Source: a virus
Lineage: Duplodnaviria > Caudoviricetes
DNA length: 64,000 bases
Virus record (IMG/VR): IMGVR_UViG_3300029305_004466
Reading direction: 5' to 3' (one strand)
The notes under the pieces were generated by a model. The model did not search any database and was not told the DNA's origin. It saw only the letters and a program-made list of their open reading frames with translations. Positions 10,064 to 20,355 of the stretch are shown in pieces (positions within the stretch are counted from its first letter, which is position 1; every line of letters begins with the position of its first letter). Position numbers and translations under genes: made by a program.

Positions 10064-10924
10064 TCAATTTTCTTCATAGTCCACACCAGTATCTTGATTA
10101 AAGAAATCAAATTCGATTTCCTCTACGTATTGAGAAGATATTACTTCATTGTTTACGTTTGCATCAATTACCATTTGGATTTTTTCATTGCTAACAGCTT
10201 TTAATCCGACATCAGCATTAATCTGATTAATTATGCTCTGTCTTATTGGGGTGATTCTTTCAAATCTTACCCAATACATCAGACATTTCATTGGCGTTTG
10301 TTCTGTAAAGTTTAAAGAGTTCTTTGCAGATATTTCTCTTAAAAATATTAGCTCACTAACGCCTTTTCTTTTTAAATAGCCTGCATATATAGCCATTAAC
10401 GATTCGAACTTGTATTGCAAGTCTCTTGCTTCTTTTGAAGTTCTTCCATAGAAATTGAATTCCATAACACAATCAAACCATTGTCTATAGATTAATAATG
10501 AATCTCCTGTATATTGTCCATTTACTTTTTCTTTTACTGTATTTATTAACACAGGTTTTAACGGCATTCCTTCCGCTATATCTCTGTTATTAATCTCAAC
10601 AGTAATTTGTGGTATTTTGATTTTAGCACTATCTTCACCTTTTTTAAGGTCTGGCGATATTTCTCCCCAGTCACTACCCCAAGCGGCATTCAATAACTTT
10701 TTAAGAATATTACAGAATTGTTCTATTCCATCTACATTACCATCTGCCATTGAAGATAGTTCATTAATCGTAAAGTAATTATCTAATACGTTTTCTCTAA
10801 CGTTTTTATTGTCTTGTCTATAAGTATATGTGACATCACTTTTATCTGTTATTACATTAGTGATGTCTTCTTTAGTTGTTGTTTTATTAAAATAGTTTTG
10901 AAACGCTTTTTCCATATTATCCAT
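10064..10924 (-). CDS. Putative tail completion/terminator protein
   Basis: Position just upstream of sheath; YRQWFDCVMEFNFYGRTSKEA. Confidence 0.5.
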   Translation of the reverse strand: MDNMEKAFQNYFNKTTTKEDITNVITDKSDVTYTYRQDNKNVRENVLDNYFTINELSSMADGNVDGIEQFCNILKKLLNAAWGSDWGEISPDLKKGEDSAKIKIPQITVEINNRDIAEGMPLKPVLINTVKEKVNGQYTGDSLLIYRQWFDCVMEFNFYGRTSKEARDLQYKFESLMAIYAGYLKRKGVSELIFLREISAKNSLNFTEQTPMKCLMYWVRFERITPIRQSIINQINADVGLKAVSNEKIQMVIDANVNNEVISSQYVEEIEFDFFNQDTGVDYEEN

Positions 10925-10926
10925 TA

Positions 10927-12510
10927 CTATTCCTCCTCTCTGTATTTGACGTTAGCTGATGGACAAATAGTAATAGGTTTAATCATGTAGCGGTTTTCTA
11001 AGTTTAAATATACTCTTATTTCATTCCAACTGTAGTAAGGAACGATTTCAAAGCTATATTTCGTAACTATATTTCTATTAACTAATGCGTTCATTATTTT
11101 TGATACATCTTTATCTATTGTCCCAGTATCAATTAAATCATGCATGTTCATGCCGACATAGAACTGGAATAGCTTATTAAGATATGACATTGCCAGCTGT
11201 ACCATTTTAACATTAGAAAACATTTTAAGTTCTTCTAACGGATGCGTGTCTGTTGGAATAAAACTTGTTATGCCATCATACACAACTGGTGTATCATATA
11301 ATGGACTATGCCTAAACATTACTATTCCTGTATCAGCTAATTCTGATAAATGTTCCTCTTCTAGTTCATGATACAATGAAATAGAATCTGAAATAGGAAT
11401 ATTTGTTGTACTTTCTATCATTGAAATCCTAGAACACAAGGCTGCATAAGCTAAGTATCCATTATCAATATAAGTCTTATTGTATTTTATATCTCCACCA
11501 ACCACTGATACCAAAAAACTGTAAAATGGATTATTGCAATACTTTAGATTATATTTAAAACAAGCTTTATACATTTGTGCTAACTCATTAGATTCGTTAT
11601 AGTAATCGCTCCATTCGTTATATGATGGATTAAAACCTATAATACCGTGAGTAACGATTCCGAAGTTTAATTGAGTTAAGCAAAAATTGATTAGCTGATT
11701 CATATAGGATAATGGTATTCCTAATGTATCCTCTGAAAGGTAATCTTTTGTTGGTTGATAATATTTTTCACCATAATGAGTTTCAACTGAGTACATATCA
11801 TTAGGATAAATATCGTCCATGAAAGCTTCTATTGGAATGATAATATCTATATCTTCAGATTCTAACATATTATAAGTTCTATCTAAGCAGTTATATAACA
11901 TGTTTTTAGTATATTGTAAACCACAAAAACCTCCGTTTAAATATAACTCGGAAGGATTACAAGGATAAAATGCTATATCTGTTCTTGTCATAGGGTCAAC
12001 ATCATAATGTACAAATATTTTATTGTCATCTTTGTTAATTGTCTCAACAAGCTTTTCCATATATTGATGGTCTTTATAATAGTACTTATATGTTTTACCA
12101 CCTATCTCTTTAGGTAAAGTAAAGCATATATAGTCTGTACTTATGCCTATTTTAATTTCATTGTAAATTTCATTACTTTCTGAGGCTGTTACAATAAACC
12201 CTTTATGTACAATTTCACCATCAAAGGTATTTATATTAAGATAAGTTGTTGAATGTTCTCCAGTTGTTTTAACAAGATAAATGTTATTATCTTTTGAAAC
12301 ATATTTTATTTTATGGAATGCATCTATCAATGTACCATGTTTACCGAATTTGGTTTTTACGCCTACTGTTGACCTACATAGTATAGGTTGATTGGTTGGA
12401 CCGAATTCAGCAGACCCTAATATGTAAATACGTTTTCCATGTAAATCAGAACTAAGTATTTCTTCTATGAGCTCGTTTCTTCTGTCTTGGTAAGTAATTG
12501 CAGAGGCCAT
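10927..12510 (-). CDS. Second, sheath-like protein
   Basis: IYILGSAEFGPTNQPI, YNMLESEDID, YLAYAAL and VVYDGIT align with the main sheath. Confidence 0.7.
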   Translation of the reverse strand: MASAITYQDRRNELIEEILSSDLHGKRIYILGSAEFGPTNQPILCRSTVGVKTKFGKHGTLIDAFHKIKYVSKDNNIYLVKTTGEHSTTYLNINTFDGEIVHKGFIVTASESNEIYNEIKIGISTDYICFTLPKEIGGKTYKYYYKDHQYMEKLVETINKDDNKIFVHYDVDPMTRTDIAFYPCNPSELYLNGGFCGLQYTKNMLYNCLDRTYNMLESEDIDIIIPIEAFMDDIYPNDMYSVETHYGEKYYQPTKDYLSEDTLGIPLSYMNQLINFCLTQLNFGIVTHGIIGFNPSYNEWSDYYNESNELAQMYKACFKYNLKYCNNPFYSFLVSVVGGDIKYNKTYIDNGYLAYAALCSRISMIESTTNIPISDSISLYHELEEEHLSELADTGIVMFRHSPLYDTPVVYDGITSFIPTDTHPLEELKMFSNVKMVQLAMSYLNKLFQFYVGMNMHDLIDTGTIDKDVSKIMNALVNRNIVTKYSFEIVPYYSWNEIRVYLNLENRYMIKPITICPSANVKYREEE

Positions 12511-13076
12511 ATAAATTTATCTCCCTTCCCAAGGATTCTTTTAGCTTTTAATGGAAGTCTTTTTAACATGTCGTTAAACTTTATTACTTCGTCCGGCTTG
12601 TTATTAACCTGAGCACCGTACACTTCTATTCTACCACTATCTCCACGCATTTCATAGATATTTGTTATTTCTAATACCTTAATAACGTCAACAGGTATTC
12701 CATCTTTCCATGAAACCTTTAATATGAAATCTCTTTCTTTTGGGATTACATTATGCTCAAAATAATACACTTCATCCTTGCGGTCAATAAGACCTATAGG
12801 CTGTATTTGCATTTTGTTATTACCAGAATAAGCAGATACAGCACTTTCTATTGTTTTGAATTTTTGTATTGATGCAAAGTAACCAGAACCAAAACATTTT
12901 GGACATTTTGGGTCTCCCGATTTTTCTAAATCACTGAAACAATCGCATCTTACGAATTTAATATTTCTTATATATAAAACATCAATGCTGAACTCACCGT
13001 TAAGCAAGTTCAGCTCATGTCTTAAGTCAATGCCTACATTTTTAATTTCACCGATATTTTCACTAAAATTATACAT
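12465..13076 (-). CDS. Putative neck/head-closure protein with Zn-binding motif
   Basis: CxC..CPKCFGSG motif; position in the neck region. Confidence 0.5.
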   Translation of the reverse strand: MYNFSENIGEIKNVGIDLRHELNLLNGEFSIDVLYIRNIKFVRCDCFSDLEKSGDPKCPKCFGSGYFASIQKFKTIESAVSAYSGNNKMQIQPIGLIDRKDEVYYFEHNVIPKERDFILKVSWKDGIPVDVIKVLEITNIYEMRGDSGRIEVYGAQVNNKPDEVIKFNDMLKRLPLKAKRILGKGDKFIWPLQLLTKTEETSS

Positions 13077-13966
13077 TAGAAAGTCCCTCTTTCACTGTAC
13101 TGATAGTTTATGCTACCCTTGATAGCACTACCAATAAAATTAATTCCTCCGAATATTGCTTCTTCAGCTGCTGCTAAATCTTTATTGAGTCGTTTTAATA
13201 ATTCATCTATATATGGTAATTTAGTTGCTTTTTCTATTGAAATATCACCTATTGTTTTTCTAACGGAACCATAGTTATATGAGATACCATAATATCTTGC
13301 ATAAATTAAATCTATTTCAGTTTTGATTCTGACCCACTTGGATACAGAACGATTTGGACTTTCATATTCATTATTGTCTGGGTTTGGAGCGATAGCATCT
13401 TCAAGTCTCATATTTTCAGATGCGTCATCGTCTTCTAAAGCTTCGTTAATTCTTTTAACGATTTCCCAACTGTTTCGATGAATCATTGATAATATATATT
13501 CATCTGTAAAGCCTTGAATAAATTCACCTATATCTTCTCTAATCTTTTGGTTTGTACAAAATAAAGGAGTAAGTTTAGTTGTGAACTGCCAATTGATTTC
13601 TTGGTTTTTTAATTTTATACGTACTTTATATCTGTTGTTAAATTTTAATTTTTCTACTGATGCATATCTTTTATATAAAGCATTTGCATCATCTCTTCTG
13701 CCATAAGAGATTATTTTTGCATTGTTTAATTCTTGATTGGAAACGATAGCAACAATATCGCCTTCGATAAGCCCTACATTAAAGATTACTCTTCCATTAT
13801 CAGGTATTGTTACATAATCCGCATCCACGCCAAAAGTTTGCAGAGCTCCATTTACATAGACATTGATACTGTCTTGAATAAATGGCTTATTCATACTGAA
13901 AATCTGCTGTCCTTCTTTGGCTATGTAGTTTTCTTTTATTGAATAATTGCTCTGCATCCTTTTCAC
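13076..13966 (-). CDS. Putative head-tail adaptor/neck protein
   Basis: KTIGDISI motif, N-terminal Ig-like VYVNG segment, synteny. Confidence 0.5.
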   Translation of the reverse strand: MKRMQSNYSIKENYIAKEGQQIFSMNKPFIQDSINVYVNGALQTFGVDADYVTIPDNGRVIFNVGLIEGDIVAIVSNQELNNAKIISYGRRDDANALYKRYASVEKLKFNNRYKVRIKLKNQEINWQFTTKLTPLFCTNQKIREDIGEFIQGFTDEYILSMIHRNSWEIVKRINEALEDDDASENMRLEDAIAPNPDNNEYESPNRSVSKWVRIKTEIDLIYARYYGISYNYGSVRKTIGDISIEKATKLPYIDELLKRLNKDLAAAEEAIFGGINFIGSAIKGSINYQYSERGTF

Positions 13967-13973
13967 CTTCTAA

Positions 13974-14309
13974 TTATTGCTCTTTTAATTGTGAGTGTAA
14001 GCTTACTACAGCATGTAATCCTTGTAATTCTGGATTCATCTTTTCTGCCATGATTAATGTATGTTCAAAGTTATTCAAACGTGTTTCATGCTCAGCTATT
14101 TTAGCATCTTGTACTTCACTATGTTCCCAAATTCTTTTATGACTTTTATCATTTTCTTGCTCAAGCCGAGTAATGGAAGACTGAAGAGTATCAACTGCAT
14201 GACCAAGCTTAGTAATATTGGTATTAAGTTTCATTAATGGTCCTGTAACAACTACTAAAAAACTTAAAAGAGAACCGATTCCTAAGAATATTTCCCATGT
14301 CATACTCAT
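13974..14309 (-). CDS. Small membrane/coiled-coil protein (holin/XhlA-like)
   Basis: N-terminal TM helix followed by a coiled coil. Confidence 0.45.
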   Translation of the reverse strand: MSMTWEIFLGIGSLLSFLVVVTGPLMKLNTNITKLGHAVDTLQSSITRLEQENDKSHKRIWEHSEVQDAKIAEHETRLNNFEHTLIMAEKMNPELQGLHAVVSLHSQLKEQ

Positions 14310-14416
14310 TACCTCCTTCTTGAAATATTGGAATTATAATTATTATATAATATTATGGACAGTCATACAACTGCTTTTGCATAACTGCCCATAAAATATA
14401 TTTAAGGAGGGGTAGA

Positions 14417-15337
14417 CTAAGTAGTTGCAGTACCATTATCAATGGTATAAGTAACAACATCAGCAAGTGCTTCATTGATAGCTTCATTAACTGCTGTTAA
14501 TACAGAATTTTCAATATAGTCCACAAGGGCTGCTTCTGTAACAAGCTTATCGGTAGCGGGTGCTGTTTCATCAATTGATTCGGTTTTCTTAAGAGATACA
14601 CCATTTTCATCAACAACAATGGATGTTTCTGTTTCCGCTACATTAAGGTCAGCAGTAATCTCATTGTTTGCAGCCATTGTCATCTTAATGGAATTAGTAT
14701 CTTTTACGGTGTAAACAGATGTTAAATAGTTTACAAGTGAGATGAAGTAATAAGTTTCTTCACCGTCTTCGCCATCCGTATCCGCTGTGAACAAAAGACC
14801 TGTATCGCCTTCTTTAGCACCTTCTGGTAAAGAGATTGCAGTGTTAACAAGGTCATCTGCTGTCAATGTATGACTTTCAACTTTACGGAAAAATGCAGCG
14901 TTAACAATACTGGAATCGCTTAATACTGTATCAACCAAATCTTTGATTGCTTTGGTTGTAGCAACAGTCTTGTCATCACCAGTATACCCTTCAGCAGTCA
15001 TATCTGTTACAAGAATGTTATTGATGTAGGTAGCAATAAGTTCATCAGAATATGAACTCATTGTAGTTCCATCATAGAAGTATAAACCTGTAAGGGTTTC
15101 TTCTCCATACGCAACAGAGTGAAGCACGTAAAGTTTACCTGCCTCAGGGTCAGTTAATGTGCCAGAAGTCATTACTATTGTTTGCTGAGCCCCACCACCG
15201 AATAATGGAATATCTCCAAGATAGCCAACACCATTGCCTAAAAGGTAAAATGTTAAATCATTCTTGGTTTCAATGGCATTATATTGAGCCTGTGGGTCAG
15301 TACCAGTAAGTAACTTAAACTTAAATTTTTCTGCCAT
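14417..15337 (-). CDS. Acidic virion structural protein
   Basis: Long ORF with RBS and structural-gene codon bias. Confidence 0.5.
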   Translation of the reverse strand: MAEKFKFKLLTGTDPQAQYNAIETKNDLTFYLLGNGVGYLGDIPLFGGGAQQTIVMTSGTLTDPEAGKLYVLHSVAYGEETLTGLYFYDGTTMSSYSDELIATYINNILVTDMTAEGYTGDDKTVATTKAIKDLVDTVLSDSSIVNAAFFRKVESHTLTADDLVNTAISLPEGAKEGDTGLLFTADTDGEDGEETYYFISLVNYLTSVYTVKDTNSIKMTMAANNEITADLNVAETETSIVVDENGVSLKKTESIDETAPATDKLVTEAALVDYIENSVLTAVNEAINEALADVVTYTIDNGTATT

Positions 15338-15394
15338 AATATCTTCTTCCTTTCTTTATATTTGGTATAATTAAATATACCTTGTTTTTGTAAT

Positions 15395-16942
15395 TTAAGT
15401 AGTTAGATTAACCATATCTATTGAAAAGCTATTTTCTTCATCACTTGCTTTAGTATAACGAATAGTCATTTTTAAATCATGCCATGCAGTACTATTCTCA
15501 TGAGCTATACCTAATCCATTACTACTGCAAATAACTGTACAATAAGCACCAGTATTACTAAAAGGAAAAAGCACTAAGGTTTCTTTTGTTGAGTTTAAAA
15601 AACAACCATTTGTATCTATAATTGTATATTTATCTATTGTAAAATCAGCATCTATTATTTTGGTACTACTAGAACTTGCTTTTGATATAGTATCTACTAC
15701 ATATGTTTTTTGATATAATGGTCTGCCATCAATCCAGCAACCAATTATTTTTTCTTCCATAGAATACATAGTAGGCATTACATAATTGGTAATGTTATTT
15801 ACCATGTAGTGTGTTGGTTCATACTTGATACAATACAATACTGATGTATTGGTAGGACGAGATGAATACTTATATGACATATCTCCACCACTTGTATAAG
15901 TTGTTGAGCTTAACCTAGCTTTTGTAGTAGTACCGTAAGATTTATCAATATTGGTAACATAATTACTTGGACTTTCATCTGGATTATTTTCATCTTTATA
16001 AAAGCCAGAATAACTTCCACCACCGGGCATTGCAAATGTTGTAGCATCTTGGTGCATACCTACTTCAGCACCGCTACCACTATCTCTATTTGCAGTACCT
16101 GTACCACGAAGAAATTCGCCCCTTAAGTCTGGTACACAGAATGTTGTAACTCCATCACCACCAAAATAGTTTACTGCACCAAAATGATGTTCAATATGCT
16201 CTACTAAATATGGATAATCAGCTACATGGTATTCTGTTCCATCACAAATGAGATAATGCTTTGGAGCTAACATACCCATGTGTGCAATGATGTGACCTAC
16301 TGGAGTATCCTCTAATCCTTTAGATTCATTTATATATTCCACTGGGTCTACAACTATTTTAGTAATTTCTTGTACTGTTAATGTTGTCATATTATTCAAT
16401 ATATCATTTGTATTTATCTTTTCAACATATATACCTATTTCGCAAGGAGAATTAGTGTTGTTGGTATATTGACAAAAGTTAATGAAGTCAAATTCTGGAA
16501 TAGCGTGTATTACAACATCATTAGTATAATCCTTGAATGAAAAAGCTATATCTGGGAATACTTCATTAGTACTATCAGAATAACTTAAGCTCAGACTAAG
16601 ATGTACTCTTTGGTTTGGCTTCACTATAATTTTACCATTATTAACTTCTAATGAACCGGATACCTTTTGGAATGGAAGATACTCTCCCTCAACAGGAGAG
16701 TAATCTTCAATTAATTTTACAAAACAACTATCTGGTTCTGCGTTAACATATTTTGAATAACGTTTAATACCATCTATTTTAGTGGCAATAGTTTCTACTT
16801 GTTCAGAATTATCTTTTATTTCTGTACCGTTATAGACAAGATTACCATTTTCAGATTCGCTTAATTTGTCCAATGTATTTTTATTTCCAAACCATTGTTT
16901 AAGTACGCCTATTGTATATGTTTTTATTTGAGATAAAGTCAT
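15395..16942 (-). CDS. Fibre protein with phage tail collar domain
   Basis: PVGHIIAH..APKHYLICDG..YP.L...PDLRGEFLRG collar motif; YSMEEKIIGCWIDGRPLYQK domain. Confidence 0.75.
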   Translation of the reverse strand: MTLSQIKTYTIGVLKQWFGNKNTLDKLSESENGNLVYNGTEIKDNSEQVETIATKIDGIKRYSKYVNAEPDSCFVKLIEDYSPVEGEYLPFQKVSGSLEVNNGKIIVKPNQRVHLSLSLSYSDSTNEVFPDIAFSFKDYTNDVVIHAIPEFDFINFCQYTNNTNSPCEIGIYVEKINTNDILNNMTTLTVQEITKIVVDPVEYINESKGLEDTPVGHIIAHMGMLAPKHYLICDGTEYHVADYPYLVEHIEHHFGAVNYFGGDGVTTFCVPDLRGEFLRGTGTANRDSGSGAEVGMHQDATTFAMPGGGSYSGFYKDENNPDESPSNYVTNIDKSYGTTTKARLSSTTYTSGGDMSYKYSSRPTNTSVLYCIKYEPTHYMVNNITNYVMPTMYSMEEKIIGCWIDGRPLYQKTYVVDTISKASSSSTKIIDADFTIDKYTIIDTNGCFLNSTKETLVLFPFSNTGAYCTVICSSNGLGIAHENSTAWHDLKMTIRYTKASDEENSFSIDMVNLTT

Positions 16943-16959
16943 GCCATCACCTCTATAAA

Positions 16960-17163
16960 TTACTCAGTCTTTAATGCTGTTATTGTTTCTGTAATAGCAG
17001 TTTGTACCTGCTCATCTGTTACGGTTTCTCCACCGCCAATAGCTTTTGAATCGAATAATAATTCACCGTTTTCACCTTCAGTGATTTTATCTAATGTCTT
17101 TTTGTTGGTAAACCAGCCTTTTAATACGCCAATAATGAAAGTTTTTACCTGATTTAATGTCAT
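16960..17163 (-). CDS. Small protein paralogous to the N-terminus of 15395-16942
   Basis: MTLNQVKTFIIGVLKGWFTNKKTLDK vs MTLSQIKTYTIGVLKQWFGNKNTLDK. Confidence 0.75.
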   Translation of the reverse strand: MTLNQVKTFIIGVLKGWFTNKKTLDKITEGENGELLFDSKAIGGGETVTDEQVQTAITETITALKTE

Positions 17164-17229
17164 GGTTTATACCCCCTGTTTATGTTTAAGGTGTGGCATA
17201 ACTTTATCCACTATCATATTATAACATTA

Positions 17230-17376
17230 TTATTTGTAATCTTCACCAGTAATTTCTTTATATTCTTCTGCTGTAATTACATTTCTACTTACCATGTTAT
17301 AAACTCTTTCTTTACTCCAAAGTTTATCATTATAATAACCTTGAATATCATAAAACTTTTTGCTATGCTCTTCCAT
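17230..17376 (-). CDS. XkdX-family small protein
   Basis: Missing from the ORF track: MEEHSKKFYDIQGYYNDKLWSKERVYNMVSRNVITAEEYKEITGEDYK, with GGAGG RBS. Confidence 0.75.
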   Translation of the reverse strand: MEEHSKKFYDIQGYYNDKLWSKERVYNMVSRNVITAEEYKEITGEDYK

Positions 17377-17377
17377 A

Positions 17378-18001
17378 TTATACCTCCAAGTCTACGCCAG
17401 TCATTAAAGCGATATAATCAATGTCTGCTCTTTGTTGTTCTAACGAAAGTGCTTTTGTACGTCTTGCATTTTCTTCTTCTTGAGCTGTTTTAATGGCTAA
17501 CAGTTCATCATATTTGTCTTGTGAGAATTCCCAGTCTTTAACGATTTTAGTAACCTGAATGGTTTCATATACTAGCTCACCATTTTCATCTTCTTTGTAA
17601 GCAGCAATGTAACCATCTTTTTCTTCATCCACTAAAGCATTGTATTCTTCTTCGGATAAGATAACTGTAACCATTTTAGGAACCTGAGTAATGGATACAT
17701 TTGCATCTTCTTCTAAGGCTTCGTATTCTTCTTCAGTAATAGGTGTTTCGATTTCATTACCTTCTTCATCGGTAGACTTTAAGGCATAATAGGTATCGAA
17801 TTCTGTTTCACTTTCAACCATTTTAGAATACTGTAATACAGGGACCTGCTTTTCCTCGATTACTTCGGCATCAATTAACTTGTAACATAAAGCATTTTCA
17901 GATGGTGGTAATTTTGTTACATTAACTCCATCTTTTACGGTTCCTACTGTAGCGTAGGAACCCATGTAAAAACCTTTTTCATTTACTTGTACGTTATACA
18001 T
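17378..18001 (-). CDS. Fibre assembly/chaperone-like protein
   Basis: Acidic; ends QRADIDYIALMTGVDL, typical of genes preceding XkdX. Confidence 0.55.
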   Translation of the reverse strand: MYNVQVNEKGFYMGSYATVGTVKDGVNVTKLPPSENALCYKLIDAEVIEEKQVPVLQYSKMVESETEFDTYYALKSTDEEGNEIETPITEEEYEALEEDANVSITQVPKMVTVILSEEEYNALVDEEKDGYIAAYKEDENGELVYETIQVTKIVKDWEFSQDKYDELLAIKTAQEEENARRTKALSLEQQRADIDYIALMTGVDLEV

Positions 18002-18015
18002 ATTATTTACCTCCA

Positions 18016-20355
18016 TTATTCTGATTTAGTGTATTCGATAACAAAGTTTAATGGTGCATTAAGGTATGCACTATTCATAATTATTACGTTAATAGTATTT
18101 GCAGTAATAAATGCCATACCAGTATTTGTTGTTGCATAATAATAATTAACAGGTATATAAGCACCATCGTATTTGATTAATCCATCGAAACGTACTATGT
18201 TATCATGTTTTATTTCCCAAGGAAGCGTAAATCCTGTTGAACCTACTTTTAACACTGTTGTAGAAATTACTTTTCTATAAATCGGCTTACCATCAATCCA
18301 AGTATCACCAGTTAAAGTCTCATCAAGAGAGTAAGACTTTCTTGTAGTTGTTTCTACAGAGTCTGTTGTTTTGGTGTATTGGAGAGTGATACATTTAAGA
18401 ATCATACCACTAGGATAACCAGAACCAGCTCTAATACCTATTGTTGATGTAGTTCCTTTCGAAAATGTCATTGATATAGTTTCATTGAGATTACATCCAT
18501 TTGTAAAAGGAATCATCCAAGCGTCAACAACAGTATCTCTACCTATTATACTATGGTCGCCATCAATCATTATTGTTTCCCAATTCGAACTGTCTTCCGT
18601 AACAGTTGCGTTTATAGTATTCTTCGTAATGGCAATATTGGTTACTATAGTCTTCTGATACAATGGTTTTCCATCAACCCATCTACCAATAACTCTTTCC
18701 TCTGTAGAGTAGTCATTATCACAGTTAATAGCTACATCATATACCGGTTTAGCTGGTTTAAGACCGATTACCTTATAGATTTCAAGAGTAAAATCTGAAT
18801 TTGTAGCTTCGTTTGTTACTCCTACACTTTTAAGTGTGTATTCATCTGCAAAATTCAAGTGAATTTGATGTATTTTTTGTCTACTAAACCATATAATCAT
18901 TCTATCAGAATGGGTGTTAAAATCAATGTCTGAAGTGTCTATTTGTGTTGAATAAACTTCACCCACTAAACCAGTGCTTTTTATTCTTGAACGATATTTA
19001 ATTTCAACTTTATCATAGCTATTTATACTATCTGCCAATAAAAATAAGTTGTCAAATGTTGTTGCACCAGATGTTGCCAGTGAATATGAAGTAACGCCCT
19101 CCCATAATGTTGTTTCTTGGAACTTAGTTGCATAGTTCTGAATATAGTAGGTTGGTTCGTATTTGATACAGTAAAGAACTGATGTATTGGTTGGGCGAGT
19201 AGTGTATGAAGTTATAGCATTCCAAGTGTTAGGTGTTATGGTTTCTCCGATTTTAAAGTATCCCTTGTCAACAGTTACTTTTATAGAATCTGGCTGTAAA
19301 TTTGATGAACTAATTTGTTGAGTTGATTCAGGAACTGGAACATAAGCAAATGTATTAGATGAGCTTGTTGCTATAGGATTCTGAATATTTGTCGCATCTT
19401 GATGTTCACCAACTTCAGCTCCAGAACCAGTATTTCTTAATGCAGTGCCAGTACCACGTAAGAACTCCCCTCTTAAATCTGGTACACAGAACGTTGTAGT
19501 GCCATCACCGCCAAAGTAATTTACAGTACCGAATTGGTCGATGAAATGCTGTGCTAAATGTGGATAGTCGATAATATTGTATTCAGTTCCATCACAGATT
19601 AAATAATGCTTTGGTGCTAATGTACCCATATGAGAAATGATATGACCTACAGGTGTATCTTCGATACCATATTTCTCATTAGCATGTTCAATAGGGTCGA
19701 TTATGGTTTGACGATTGATTTCTTGTATACTTAAATCTACAGCAATATAATTATTATTTATAATTCCTTGTAAATTTGTCATTGCCAACATTACTTTTGT
19801 ATCCTTATCAACAGATACTATTGTTGACATTGCATTTTTAGTTGGTTGTGTATTCTGATTGTCAAGATTATTTACAACCATAAATGCTTCACTAATCCAC
19901 TCGTTTGTTTCTATATTTAACAAACGGAAAGTAGCATAAATAGAACTTACGCTTAAACGAACACTACTTGTAATTTGATATGTTTTTCCTGCCTTTAAAG
20001 TAATATAATTATTGTCAGTATCGTATTGCATATTACCTTCATATTTATTATAAGTTGGGTAATATGGAGCACTTAATTCTTCCGCACTATTTGCTGCACC
20101 TGTTACAGAAATTTTATGTTGAGTGTAAAATGTCATATATTCCAAATCTGTATTCACATATTTCTGGTACTTCTTAATCTCATCAACTTTATCAGTTAAT
20201 GTTTCTAATTCAGTAGCCTTATCCTCAACAAATAAGCCGCCTTCTTTGTTTGTGATAGCATTGCCCTCTTCTGTACTGATACGAGTTTGTTTGTTATCTA
20301 CATAGTTTTTTACTATTTTCATTGCATTAGAGAGTTGATTTAAAGAAATCCCCAT
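18016..20355 (-). CDS. Fibre protein with collar domain and two WxDGKPxY domains
   Basis: Collar motif; YSTEERVIGRWVDGKPLYQK and YSLDETLTGDTWIDGKPIYRK. Confidence 0.75.
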   Translation of the reverse strand: MGISLNQLSNAMKIVKNYVDNKQTRISTEEGNAITNKEGGLFVEDKATELETLTDKVDEIKKYQKYVNTDLEYMTFYTQHKISVTGAANSAEELSAPYYPTYNKYEGNMQYDTDNNYITLKAGKTYQITSSVRLSVSSIYATFRLLNIETNEWISEAFMVVNNLDNQNTQPTKNAMSTIVSVDKDTKVMLAMTNLQGIINNNYIAVDLSIQEINRQTIIDPIEHANEKYGIEDTPVGHIISHMGTLAPKHYLICDGTEYNIIDYPHLAQHFIDQFGTVNYFGGDGTTTFCVPDLRGEFLRGTGTALRNTGSGAEVGEHQDATNIQNPIATSSSNTFAYVPVPESTQQISSSNLQPDSIKVTVDKGYFKIGETITPNTWNAITSYTTRPTNTSVLYCIKYEPTYYIQNYATKFQETTLWEGVTSYSLATSGATTFDNLFLLADSINSYDKVEIKYRSRIKSTGLVGEVYSTQIDTSDIDFNTHSDRMIIWFSRQKIHQIHLNFADEYTLKSVGVTNEATNSDFTLEIYKVIGLKPAKPVYDVAINCDNDYSTEERVIGRWVDGKPLYQKTIVTNIAITKNTINATVTEDSSNWETIMIDGDHSIIGRDTVVDAWMIPFTNGCNLNETISMTFSKGTTSTIGIRAGSGYPSGMILKCITLQYTKTTDSVETTTRKSYSLDETLTGDTWIDGKPIYRKVISTTVLKVGSTGFTLPWEIKHDNIVRFDGLIKYDGAYIPVNYYYATTNTGMAFITANTINVIIMNSAYLNAPLNFVIEYTKSE

